Origin: Scyliorhinus canicula
Taxonomy: Eukaryota
Length of the DNA stretch: 64,000 bases
Direction of reading: 5' to 3'
NCBI RefSeq assembly: GCF_902713615.1
Contig: NC_052149.1
Location: 222,125,623-222,189,622, forward strand
Shown here in pieces: positions 49,755 to 60,509 of this stretch. The notes under the pieces are model-generated. The model was given only the letters and a program-made list of their open reading frames with translations. It was not told the DNA's origin and made no database searches. Position 1 is the stretch's first letter, and every line of letters starts with the position of its first letter. The position numbers were made by a program, and so were the translations under genes.

Positions 49755-52508
49755 TCAGTCGGTAGGCATCTGCAAGTCCAGGCTTGTTGGTGGGGGCCGA
49801 ATGTAATGCGACATGAATCCCAGATCCCGGTTGAGTCCGCATTCATGCGTGCGGAACTTAGCTATAAGTTTTTGCTCAGCAATTTTGCGTTGTCGCGTCT
49901 CCTGAAGGCCTCCTTGTAGAATGCTGACCCGGAGATCAGAGGCTGAATGTCCTTGACTGCTGAAGTGTTCCCCAACTGGAAGGGAACAGTCCTGCCTGTT
50001 GATAGTCGCACGATGCCCGTTCATTCGTTGTCGCAGTGTCTGCATGGTCTCGCCAATGTACCACGCTTCGGGACATCCTTTCCTGCAGCGTATGAGGTAG
50101 ACTACATTGGTCGAGTCGCATGAGTATGCGCCGCGTACCTGGTGGGTGGTGTTTCCACGTGTAATGGTGGTGTCCATGTCGATGATCTGGCATGTCTTGC
50201 AGAGATTACCCTGGCAGGGTTTTGTGGTGTTGTGGTTGCTGTTCTGAAGGCTGGGTAATTTGCTGCAAACAATGGTTTGTTTGAGGTTGCGCGGTTGTTT
50301 GAAGGCCAGTAGTGGGGGTGTGGGGATGACCTTGGCAAGATGTCCATCCTCGCTGATGATGTGTTGGAGGCTGCGAAGAAGATGTCGTAGTTTCTCCGCC
50401 CCAGGAAAGTACTGGACGACGAAGGGTACTCTGTCAGTGGTGTCCCGTGTTTGTCTTCTGAGGAGGTCGGTGCGGTTTTTTGCTGTGGCGCGGTGGAACT
50501 GTCGATCAATGAGTCGAGCGCCATATCCCGTTCGTACGAGGGCATCTTTCAGCATCTGTAGGTGTCTGTTGCGCTCCTCCTTGTCTGAGCAGATCCTGTG
50601 TATACGGAGGGCTTGTCCATAGGGGATGGCTTCTTTAATGTGTTTCGGGTGAAAGCTGGAGAAGTGGAGCATCGTGAGATTATCTGTGGGCTTGCGGTAA
50701 AGCGAGGTGCTGAGGTGACCGTCCTTGATGGAGACGAGTGTGTCCAAGAATGGAACTGAATTTGGAGAATAGTCCATGGTGAGTTTGATGGTGGGATGGA
50801 ACTTATTGATGTCATCGTGTAGTCGTTTCAGTGATGTCTCGCCGTGGGTCCAAAGGAAAAAAATGTCATCGATGTATCTGGTGTATAGCATCGGTTGAAA
50901 GTCCTGTGTGGTGAGGAAGTCCTGTTCAAACTTGTGCATGAAGATGTTGGCATATTGAGGTGCAAATTTGGTCCCCATGGCTGTTCCGTGCGTCTGGATG
51001 AAGAATTTGTTGTCGAAGGTGAAGACGTTGTGGTCTAGAATGAAACGGATGAGTTGCAGAATTGCGTCTGGAGATTGGCAGTTGTCGGTGTTGAGGACTG
51101 AGGCTGTTGCAGCAATGCCGTCGTCATGGGGGATGCTGGTGTAGAGTGCCGAGACATCCATTGTGACGAGGAATGTTCCTGGTTCAACTGGTCCATGGGT
51201 GCTGAGTTTCTGTAGGAAGTCCGTCGTGTCGCGACAGAAGCTGGGTGTACCTTGTACGATGGGTTTCAAGATGCCCTCGATGTGGCCAGAGAGGTTCTTA
51301 CACAGGGTCCCATTGCCTGAAACGATAGGACGGCCTGGTGTGTTGGCCTTGTGTATTTTCGGGAGGCAGTAGAGATCTCCAATGCGGGGATTACGTGGGA
51401 TGAGAGCACGTAGGGTGTTCTGAAGATCTGGATCTAAGGTCTTGATCAGTCTGCTGAGTTGGCGGATGTGTTCCTTGGTTGGATCTGCGGGTAACTGCCT
51501 GTAGTGTTCCTGGTTGTCGAGTTGTCGGTATACTTCTTTGCAGTAGTCTGTTCTGTTCAGTATGATGGTGGCCCCTCCTTTGTCTGCTGGTTTGATGACG
51601 ATGTTGCGGTTGGTCTTGAGAGTGCGGATGGCGTTGCGTTGTGCTTGGGTGACGTTTGAGGCTGCCTTGTGATTGCGAGTGATGAATCTGGCATTGACAC
51701 GACTTCTGACGGCTTGAGCATACATGTCGAGTCTAGGGCAGCGGCCTTCCGGAGGGGTCCAATTTGACTCTTTCCTTTTCGGTTGCTGCACTGCAGATCT
51801 CGCGGTCTGCTGTTCCGGTTCATTGGTCGTGTCCCTGGGTTCGCTGTCGGCCTCTTGGGGTCTGTGGAAGAATTCCCGGAGCCTCATTCGCCTGATGAAT
51901 TCCTCCGTATCTGCCGCGAGACTGATGGGGTCCATTTTGGTGGTGGTGCAGAAATTGAGCCCTCTGCTGAGGACTTCGATTTCGTCTGGTTGAAGGGTGT
52001 AGTCTGACAAGTTGACAATGGATTTCCCTGTATTGTTTTCGACTGTTGTACCGGGAGAAGCTTGATTGCTGCTGGTGGTGATGCCAAGTTTCTCAAGCTT
52101 CCTGTTCTTGGTGTGCATGTAGGTGGCATAGTATTGCTGTCTCATCTGTTTGGCGGTGTTCCGCAGCTGGTCTGCTGTGTCCTGAGCGCAAGTTGAGAAT
52201 ATGGCCTCTCTCTTGGTTTCCAGGTTGCGTCGACTGCTGTAGAGTTGGTGTACGAGGTGTTTGAGGAGTGTGACAGAGGTGCGGTGGCAGAGTCTTTCAG
52301 CGTAGTCTGTGTTGTAAGTCGACTTGAGTGGGTTTTTGATCTGTAGTCCTTTCGGGATCTTGTCTGCTTTTTTGCATCTTTGTAGAAACTGAATGTCAGT
52401 GTCTATATGCGCGATCTTCCTGGAGATCCTCTCCACTTTGAGCCGGCAGTTTGCGGTGTCAATGGTAGCCATGATGTGGAGATGCCGGCGTTGGACTGGG
52501 GTGAGCAC
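49755..52508 (-). CDS. Penelope-like element (Neptune-type) reverse transcriptase + GIY-YIG endonuclease, intact ORF; likely ATG at 52472 (905 aa)
   Basis: Uninterrupted 917-codon ORF. RT motifs LPKIHK..PGRPIVS, LVTMDVSALYTSIP, QTHGTAMGTKFAPQYANIFM, YTRYIDDIF, PFLD. Cys-rich linker CQGNLCKTC, then GIY-YIG VVYLIRC...WYIGET...RMNGH. ATG lies in a strong Kozak context (atcATGG). Confidence 0.96.
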   Translation of the reverse strand: MLTPVQRRHLHIMATIDTANCRLKVERISRKIAHIDTDIQFLQRCKKADKIPKGLQIKNPLKSTYNTDYAERLCHRTSVTLLKHLVHQLYSSRRNLETKREAIFSTCAQDTADQLRNTAKQMRQQYYATYMHTKNRKLEKLGITTSSNQASPGTTVENNTGKSIVNLSDYTLQPDEIEVLSRGLNFCTTTKMDPISLAADTEEFIRRMRLREFFHRPQEADSEPRDTTNEPEQQTARSAVQQPKRKESNWTPPEGRCPRLDMYAQAVRSRVNARFITRNHKAASNVTQAQRNAIRTLKTNRNIVIKPADKGGATIILNRTDYCKEVYRQLDNQEHYRQLPADPTKEHIRQLSRLIKTLDPDLQNTLRALIPRNPRIGDLYCLPKIHKANTPGRPIVSGNGTLCKNLSGHIEGILKPIVQGTPSFCRDTTDFLQKLSTHGPVEPGTFLVTMDVSALYTSIPHDDGIAATASVLNTDNCQSPDAILQLIRFILDHNVFTFDNKFFIQTHGTAMGTKFAPQYANIFMHKFEQDFLTTQDFQPMLYTRYIDDIFFLWTHGETSLKRLHDDINKFHPTIKLTMDYSPNSVPFLDTLVSIKDGHLSTSLYRKPTDNLTMLHFSSFHPKHIKEAIPYGQALRIHRICSDKEERNRHLQMLKDALVRTGYGARLIDRQFHRATAKNRTDLLRRQTRDTTDRVPFVVQYFPGAEKLRHLLRSLQHIISEDGHLAKVIPTPPLLAFKQPRNLKQTIVCSKLPSLQNSNHNTTKPCQGNLCKTCQIIDMDTTITRGNTTHQVRGAYSCDSTNVVYLIRCRKGCPEAWYIGETMQTLRQRMNGHRATINRQDCSLPVGEHFSSQGHSASDLRVSILQGGLQETRQRKIAEQKLIAKFRTHECGLNRDLGFMSHYIRPPPTSLDLQMPTD

Positions 52509-52668
52509 AGTAAGAAGTCTTACAACACCAGGTTAAAGTCCAACAGGTTTGTTTCAAACACGAGCTTTCGGAGCACGGCTCCTTCTTCAGGTGAATGGAA
52601 AGGCTTGTTCCAGAAATGTTTATATAGACACAGTCAGAGATGCCCCGGAATGCGAGCACCTGCAGGCA
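52507..52668 (-). repeat. 5' pseudo-LTR of the Penelope-like element
   Basis: Identical by eye to 49523-49684. Confidence 0.95.
52559..52593 (-). ncRNA. Minimal type I hammerhead ribozyme (5' copy)
   Basis: Identical to the 49575-49609 motif. Predicted cut between 52562 and 52561, about 90 nt upstream of the ATG. Confidence 0.88.
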
Positions 52669-53689
52669 TTATCTTGATCTCACATGGCTGGTTTGAAGAA
52701 GTGGCTCTGAATCTGCTGGGCTCATCCGTCTGGTAGCGATCGTTGGTCTTGAACTTGGCTGGCTGTTCCTGCTACATTTGGCTGGCACGGGCCGAATTCA
52801 AAGGAGGCTAAACACATGGCTGTGTCTCTTTTTATCCCTCTAAGGTTTCGCGCTTTTTGGGGCAGTCCTTAATCTTGGACCCAATAATTCGCCAGGATTC
52901 GATTACTGTCTTCAAGTTCGGCCAATAAAGGGGCGGGTGCTTCGTGGCTGGGCGGGTCCTGAGCGGTCAGTGACCTTGGCAGTTGGGCTCTCTGAGTAAA
53001 GGGAGTGGCACCGATCAGTCTGTGGCTATACCGGTTTCTTGATTGGAGTCCTATTGTTCTGGGGAACGGGCCATTAAAATGCAAACGAGCGGGGGTTTCG
53101 ATCAGGTCTAGCTACCTGTGTTTCAGATACACATAGGCTCTGCATCTGTCTGAGTCCTGGGTTGGCCATAATTCCCATGGTCCTTTTCAGGTGGCCATCT
53201 CAGATGGCTACACCACCCCAGTCCAACACCCCCGCATCTCCACATCATTTTAAAGAGCAGTGTGGTTTGACCTTTAGAATCAAATAAACATCGAATTTCA
53301 TAGAATTGTCATGTCACTGAAAAGTAATGATTGAATTAGATTAGACAACCTTCCTCATATACTTAGAATTTTCAAAGTGATGTTGCAATACTGTATAAAT
53401 AGATTGATAGTTAGTGAAGCCACTTACTGTACAATTGAGTGACGTTAATTACCACAACTATTACAGTATATTATCTGTTAAAACTGTTTTTAAATAAATA
53501 TCTACTATTTTTAGATACTACCAAAGTAATATCTGTGGAAAAAAAATCCCAAAATTGGAAGAATAGGCTAAACTACAATAAAAACAGAAAATGCTGGATC
53601 AATTCAGCAGATCTGGCAGCATCCATGGAGAGAGAAACAGAGTCCACCGACAATATGGAAAATTGCCCGAGTCAGGATTGTCTTTAAAA

Positions 53690-54710
53690 GAGAGGCCAAA
53701 TCCAAATTGGCCAATTGTCATCCATCATACTCTCAAATATCAGCAAAATGATGGAAAAATTCTGCCGACAGTGATGTTAAGTGGCACTTACACAAAAATA
53801 ACCTGCTCACTAATGCTCAGTTTGAGTTTCACCTAGCCACTCAACTCCTCACCTCAAAGGGCAGCACGGTGGCCTAGTGGTTAGCACAGCTGCCTCACGG
53901 CGCTGAGGTCCCAGGTTTGAATCCCGGCTCTGGGTCACTGTCCGTATGGAGTTTGCACATTATCCCCGTGTCTGCGTGGGTTTCGCCCCCACAACCCAAA
54001 CAATGTGCAGAGTAGGTGGATTGGCCACGCTAAATTGCCCCTTAATTGGAAAAAATAATTGGGTAATCTAAATTTTTTTTTAAAATTAAAGAAAAAAAAA
54101 CTCCTCACCTCATTACAGCCAAATATCAACAAAAGTGCTGAACACAAGAGGTGAGGTGACAGTGACACGTCCTTGACATCAAGGCAGCATTTGACCGAGA
54201 GTGGCATCAATGACGCCAAGAAAATGGATGAAAATGGGAATTAGAGGAAAACTCTCCACCGGTTGGAGTCACACCTAGAACAAAGGGAGATGGTTATGGT
54301 TGTTGGAGGCCAATCATCTCGGTTTCAGGGCATCACTGCAGGAGCTCCTCTGAGACCCAACCATCGTTAGCTGCTTTATCCATGACCGTACCTCCTTCAT
54401 AAGGTCAAAGGTGTAGATGTTCACTGATTGCACAATGATCAGTAACATTGCAAGTCCTCAGATGCTGAGTAATCCATGTCCCATATGTAACAAGACCTGG
54501 ACAACATTTGCTTTGATAAGTGACAAGTAACATTCCTGCCACACAAGCATCAGCTGAGAGAATTGCTGGGAATACTGCAGCAAGTTACTTGCCTCTTGTT
54601 TCCTCAAAGCCTTCCCACTATCAGAATGAGGGAATACTCTCAACTTGCCTGGATGAGTGCAGTTCCAGTAACACTCAAGAAGCTCAACATCATCAAGGGC
54701 AAAGCATGTT
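53690..54710 (+). mobile_element. CR1/L2-group LINE RT fragment with a nested V-SINE
   Basis: Homologous to 31770-32400 and 42550-43620 (LDIKAAFDR, CACTGCAGGAG..CCTC). Confidence 0.7.
53858..54097 (+). mobile_element. Short V-SINE
   Basis: TSD AACTCCTCACCTCA. Confidence 0.92.
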
Positions 54711-55023
54711 ACAGCACAGAAGGAAGTGATTCAACCTCATTTAATCATGGAGCAGAATTTGACGATCCCCTTCCAGTGGATTTGCAGATGATGGGGTGTG
54801 TAAAATTTCCCAAGTGGCATTCCCATCGCCTTCCCCCCTACCCTCTGCCTAGTTGCGGTCCTTAAATAACAAATTATTGGCCACTTAAAAGCTTCTTCCC
54901 ACCTTGCCCCAATTTTGAGCAAGGAAAATCCTGCCTTCCCAAACATTCTGCTGTTGGAATCTATTAATGTTAGCGAGTACATCAGGAGCACTCCCTGCTC
55001 ATCTCCCAAGAGTATAATGGGAT

Positions 55024-56656
55024 TGTAATACGTCCACAGAGGCAGAAGTCCCTTCACCAGAATCCCTTTTATTAACAAAACCAACAGCAGTTCCACCATG
55101 TGCATTCAGTGTGCTGTCTACACTGGGAGTCCAGAGGATCTGACACTCCCTGTTACATACAAAGAAGACGTTCCCTGATTGGTCCACTAATCAGAGAATT
55201 TGTATTCCAATTGGCCAATCTCAAAGGCCTGGTCTAAGTCAATTCACCCCCCCACCCCCCACCCCCCGAAAGTCCGAGGAGCCCCGTGGTCCTCGTGACT
55301 ATGGGTCTCCTTCTTCATTTCTCCTATCACTGATACGGCTACTCCCTTGTTGACCTCCATTAATGTTGGACATCCAATCAGTCTTATGGTTAATTTAATG
55401 GGTTTTGATTTAACCATCATTTTACAATTTAGTTGTTCCTCGTCGGAGGTAGGTGGTGCTTCCAGGGTGTGCATGCTCCTGTACCCCGGTCTATGTGTCC
55501 TTCTCCAAAATGTTGGTTTTAGACTTTTATTTTTCCTCTCTGGCTCCAAACTCTGACAACAACGACAATATCTTGCCGGGCGGAAGTCTGCAGGGGTTGC
55601 CATCTGTCTGGTCCAAATATTCACTTGCTTGAGAGCAGGTTTGCGAGTGGGCCTGGGTTCCTTAGTATCCGAGTCATTCCTGAGGGTGGCTATACAGTTG
55701 CCTATCCCCCAGCTGTAGTCCTTCTAGGGGCTTTTCTCAGTAACTTAATTGAAGCCTACTTGTGACAATAAGTGATTATTATTAACTAAGTTGAATAGGT
55801 GTGGGTGTCTACCTCCGTCGGAGTACCCTGTAACTCATGTGCTCCGCTTGCCGCTTTTTCCAAGGACAAAACCAGCTGCAATGCCTGTTTGCAATACAGC
55901 TCGGCCTCTGCTAACGGACATTTTTGTATTGCTAAATTACTTATTCCACACACCAACCGGTCTCAGAGCAACTCATTTAGCATCAGGCCAAACTCGGAAG
56001 CCTCTGCTAATCATCTTAATCTTGTTAAAAAATTAGTGATTGACTTCCCCGTGAATCAGAATGCTGAGTTAAACTGGTACCTTCACAGGATCAGAGCTGG
56101 CTTAGGGTCATAGTGCTCTTTTACTAAGTACGCCAATTCCTGGAAAGTTTTTGTGACTGGTGCCTTCTGAAAAGTGAGATTCCGCATAATGGCAAAAGCT
56201 GTTGGCCCACACACGGTCAGCAGAATGGTCTGTTGCTTTTCATCTGGAACTATATTGTTCGCTCTGAAAAGGTACTTCATCCGCTCTACATATTGTGCCC
56301 AGTCTTCCATTGCAGGGTCAAAAGAATCCAATTTCCCAAATAAACGCATTTTGCCTTTCAGTGGCTTACCCTTAATATGTGGCAGCTGATAATGAGCAGG
56401 TTCCTTCAGGTCATTCCTTTATCCTCGTTGCCACTACAATAGTCCATGAAGGCAGAAGTCTCTTCACCAGAGTCCCTTTCATTAACAAAACCAACAGCAG
56501 TATGACCATGTGCATTTAGCTTGCTATCTATACTGGGAGTCCAGAGGATCTGACACTCCCTGCTATATACAAAGGAGAGGTTCCCTAATTGGCCCACTAA
56601 TCAGGGAACTCGTATTCCAATTGGCCAACCCCAAAGGCCGGGTCTAAGTCATTATA
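55024..56656 (-). mobile_element. Internally deleted two-LTR Gypsy element (LTRs about 55024-55246 and 56435-56656)
   Basis: Two similar ~220-bp direct repeats; PBS TGGCAACGAGGAT (56421-56433, tRNA-Ser-like); G-rich PPT (about 55247-55268); near-TSD GGGAT/GGAAT; gag fragment inside. Confidence 0.85.
56083..56349 (-). pseudogene. Gypsy gag N-terminal fragment
   Basis: MRLFGKLDSFDPAMEDWAQYVERMKYLFRANNI...ILLTVCGPTAF...LVKEHYDPKP, typical of Gypsy gag, just downstream of the PBS. Confidence 0.8.
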
Positions 56657-56692
56657 GGAATTTTTGACATAAAATCAGACTTAAAACACCTT

Positions 56693-57288
56693 GGGCATGA
56701 TTCAACTAAATGGGAACAAAGTTTTTAGCTAGCCCATTTGGCCGCGTGTTTCGCGAAGCTCACAGTGCCAACAAACACATGGCTACTAAACGGCACTCAT
56801 GCTAAATAAGGGGCCTCAATGGTGAACGTGCGGCCGAGACCGCACATAGCCCTGATTTCTACGCAGAAGTGCGCCGCTTGCCAGAACTCCTCAGAATAGC
56901 GAAGGATCGGGACGCCATTTAAAAATGGCATGCCGATGTCAGAGGCCCCCGCGTGACCCGTGACCTCCCCCAGCCCCAATACACTATAAAAGGATCCCTG
57001 TCGACACTCCCCCACCCTCCACGCACTCCCCCCCCAAGGCGAGGGAGTTAGATCCCATGCCTCGGGTATCTCAGAAACCGCCACATGTCTCGCTCTAATA
57101 TGCAGATTTGCTAAAAAGTGATCCCACCCATAATCGGCAAGATTTACATCGCAACGTTTCGCGTTGGATCTCGCGAGGCATTGCAATTCGGGTAGATCCC
57201 GGGAACGGGATCTCCCAGCTTCTATCAGCCATGCTGCACCATGGCAAGCTGCTTTTCAGGTGCAGTGTGGCCATTGGGTCGCGACCCT
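56693..57288. mobile_element. Older Harbinger-like MITE (further decayed relatives at about 8615-9250, 11253-11900, 18655-18746, 46145-47140, 61744-61901, 63741-63898)
   Basis: Degenerate GGGC..GATT termini and GC-rich body. Confidence 0.45.
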
Positions 57289-57377
57289 TATCTGATAAAT
57301 TGCTTCTCTGACAAAACATGCATGAATTATGATCTCAAACCGGGGAAGGGGGCTTTGAATCTGTGACCTCCAGAAAT

Positions 57378-57600
57378 AGGCTACGATGGCGCAGTGGTTA
57401 GCACTGCTGTCTCACTGCGCCGAGGACCCTGAGTTCGATCCCGGCCCCGGTTCACTGTCCGTGTGGAGTTCACACATTCTCCCTGTGTCTGCGTGGATCT
57501 CATCCCCACAACACAAAGAAAAAGTGTGCAGGGTAGGCGGATTGGCCACGCTACATTGCCCCTTAATTGGAAAACAAAATAATATGAAAGTACTCGAAAT
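57378..57600 (+). mobile_element. Short V-SINE
   Basis: Head, V-domain; near-TSD GAAATAGG. Confidence 0.85.
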
Positions 57601-58930
57601 AGGAATGTGATGAAATAACTCTCCACTTGCCAGGATGAATACAGCTCCGTGAACCGACAAGAAGCTCAACGTCATCCTGGACAAAGGAGTTACTAGATTG
57701 ACAACCAATCCATCACCTTAAATGTTCATTCCCTCCACCACTGCTACACAGTAGCAGCAGTTTGTGCACTCCTCAGAATGCACTTCAACAACTCACCAAT
57801 CTCCCTCTGACAGCACCTTCCAAACCACAACCTTTACCATCTGGAAAAACAAAGACAGCTGACTCATACCACCACCTTCAAATTCCTCTCCAAGCCACAC
57901 ACCATCCTGACTATATCACTGTCCAACACGGTCATTATCGGGAGTGAGTCTCCAGGAAGCCACAAAGTTAAGGGTCTGTCATCTTAGCAGACAGTTTGTG
58001 CAGGTCCAGCAGACTCTATTTCATATCACTCTCCATCTGCAGAGCTCTCCACACTGCCTCCAGAGCATTGGCCACTCATCCTGTTTCTTGTTGGCCTCCA
58101 AGACGATTTGGCTTTAGGAGTGTGATGGAATACTCTCCATATATTAGGGTGAGTGGAGCTCCATGAACACACACGAAGCTTAATACCATCCAGGACAAAG
58201 CAACAGCTTGATTGGCATCCCATGTTCTATCTTAAAGATCCATCCCTCCACCTCAACTGTCCCATGGCATCAACATTTATTACCTACAAGATGCACTGCA
58301 GCACGGTAGCACAGATGTTAGCAGAGTTGTTTCACAGCTCCAGGGTCCCGGATTCGATTTCCGGCTTGGGTCACTCTCTGTGCAGAGTCTGCACGGTCTC
58401 CCCGTGTGTGCAGGGGTTTCATCCGGGTGTTCCGGTTTTCTCCTGGTCCAAAGATGTGCAGGTTAGGTGGATTGGCTATGCTAAATTGCCCTTAGTGTCC
58501 ATAATAAGGTTAGGTGAGGTTACGGGGATAGGGTGGAAATGTGGGGATAGGGTGGAGGTATGGGCTTGGGTATGGTGCTCTTTCCAAGGGCTGTTGCAGA
58601 CTCGATGGGCCGAATAGCCTCCTTCTGCATTGTAAATTCTATGATTCTGTGAAGTCTTCTTCAAAATTCCCCTACTGTCTCGAAGGCCACGGGCAAGCAG
58701 GCATCGGAATACCACCATTCTAGCTCCAAATCACACACCTATCTTGAGTTGGAAATGCAGTTGCATTCCTTCTTTGTCATTGAGTTAAAAATGTGGAACT
58801 CACTTCCAAACAGAACTGTGGGTGTCACTACACCAGATGGAAGCAGTGATTCAACATGGTGGCTCACCACCACCTTTTCAAGGCCAAGAAATGCTGACCT
58901 TGTCAATGAGCCCACATCCTGGGCATGAAT
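57600..58930 (+). mobile_element. Two 3' fragments of the same CR1/L2-group LINE, one interrupted by a V-SINE
   Basis: Homologous to 43540-44390. Confidence 0.65.
58298..58650 (+). mobile_element. HE1-type V-SINE, CR1 tail
   Basis: Head, V-domain, TTCTATGATTCT tail. Confidence 0.88.
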
Positions 58931-59684
58931 CAAATGATCTGACAGAGTCAGATATTAGTCATCCTGAACATCACTTTGGCGTTTGGCGGTGCATTATCTA
59001 AGCTGATGATGCAAGACAGTACTGGGGAAATAAAGGAAAATTAGAAAATACTGCAACTAGACACTACGGCAGTCGGCACCCATAGACAGGCAAAATAAGC
59101 TAACATTTTAAGGAGAATTCCTGCTTTATAACTGCTTCAAAGATTAAGTGAAAGAAAATTGTGTTTAATACATATCTGAGAGGTAAGGTGCATATAAAAA
59201 ATAAAGTCCATTCTTGTGCAATCTTAAAATAATTTAGAATTGCATAAAATTCTTATTTTTTTTAAAGGGGCAATTTAGCGTGTCCGATCCCTGCATATCT
59301 TTTGGGTTGTGGGGGTGAAACCAACACAGACACGGGAAGAATGTGCAAACTCCACATGGACAGTTTACTAACGTGTTTCTTTTATTATATTCCTGGTATA
59401 GTGATTTAGTGGTTAGCACTTGTAGGTGTTCACACAAAAATAGAAAATGCTGGTAAAATTCAGCAGGTCATTTTTGACCCTTCTTCAGAATTCACAATTC
59501 TTTCATATTTCCAGCATCCACAGTCTTTTGCTTTTTTAAAAGTAAATTTAGAGTACTCAATTTTTATTTTTTTTTACAGACAGTGATCCAGGGCAGCAGT
59601 GCTAACCACTGTGCCACCATGCTGCCCCCTTTTACATTTGTTTATGTGTTCACATCCCAGTTTGTTAGGCTAATTTTAGTAAAT

Positions 59685-59866
59685 AAAATGAAATGAAAAT
59701 GGCTTATTGTCACAAGTAGGCTTCAAACGAAGTTACTGTGAAAAGCCCCTAGTCGCCACATTCCGGCGCCTGTTCGGGGAGGCTGATACGGGAATCAAAC
59801 CGTGTTGCTGGCCTGCCTTAGTATGCTCTCAAATCCTGCGATTTAGCCCTGTGCTAAACAGCCCCT
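59685..59866 (-). mobile_element. Short SINE with a different head but the Rex1-like tail
   Basis: GGGCTGTTTAGCACAGGGCTAAATCGC head, CCGAACAGGCGCCGGAATGTGGCGACTAGGGG...GTGACAATAAG tail, (CATTT)n end. Confidence 0.75.
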
Positions 59867-60509
59867 GTTCGCTTATGAGCTGGTATCAACTGTGGAAGTT
59901 ACTGGGCTATAGCTTCCCATCTCTCACAGTGTCCTGGTGAATCTAAATGGTTTTAATAACACCCCTTCTATAATGGAGCACCTAACACTGCACACAGTTT
60001 TCTCACTGCGACCTAACCAATGTTTTACTCTGTGTCTCTCCTCACAAAACCCAAACTTTACCACTGCTGGTCTGTCACCCTGTTTGCTCACTTATCTGCT
60101 CAGCTACTTTGGGCACCTCCCCATTCATTTTGCTGAATTCTCTTTTTCCAGTCCAGCATCACTTATCTTTGATTTATAATAATAATAATCATTCTTATCT
60201 CATAATTGCTTCCAGTTTAGGAGCCAGATGGTGGTTATGTTTCTCGTCCAATAATGAAGGGAGCATTGTTTGATCTATCTCTTCGAAACAATGTTGGCCA
60301 AACAAGGATGTGAAAGTCGGGGGACAATTGGAAAGCAGTGATCTGAATGGTCATTTGGCCAAATTCAAATAGCCATTTCACTAACATGAATGATCCTTAT
60401 CCCAACAATTTACATTTATGTCATGCCTTTCAATTTAAACAATCAACAATCCAAACCACTTCAAGGCAAAACAAAAATAATTGGATATGACTGCACTCTT
60501 AGTTATAAC

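Larger units (their letters stand above)
49523..52668 (-). mobile_element. Full-length Penelope-like retroelement with direct pseudo-LTRs
   Basis: RT-GIY-YIG ORF flanked by identical 162-bp direct repeats at 49523-49684 and 52507-52668. Confidence 0.95.
49397..53212 (-). mobile_element. Solo LTR (ERV/Gypsy-like, about 670 bp: 49397-49522 + 52669-53212) split by the Penelope insertion
   Basis: TGTTGC...GCTACA termini; 4-bp TSD CCAC (49393-49396 / 53213-53216). Minus-strand CCAAT (about 53041-53046), GC boxes and TATA-like GATAAAAA (about 52828-52835). Confidence 0.75.

Noticed and set aside
49936-52129. Alternative-frame and antisense ORFs within the Penelope ORF
   Set aside because: Shadow ORFs of a long coding sequence; no motifs.
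49388-53212. Perfect TGTAGCCA...TGGCTACA inverted termini suggesting a DNA transposon carrying the Penelope element
   Set aside because: No TSD at those boundaries. The 49397 boundary gives a CCAC TSD and restores the interrupted relic.
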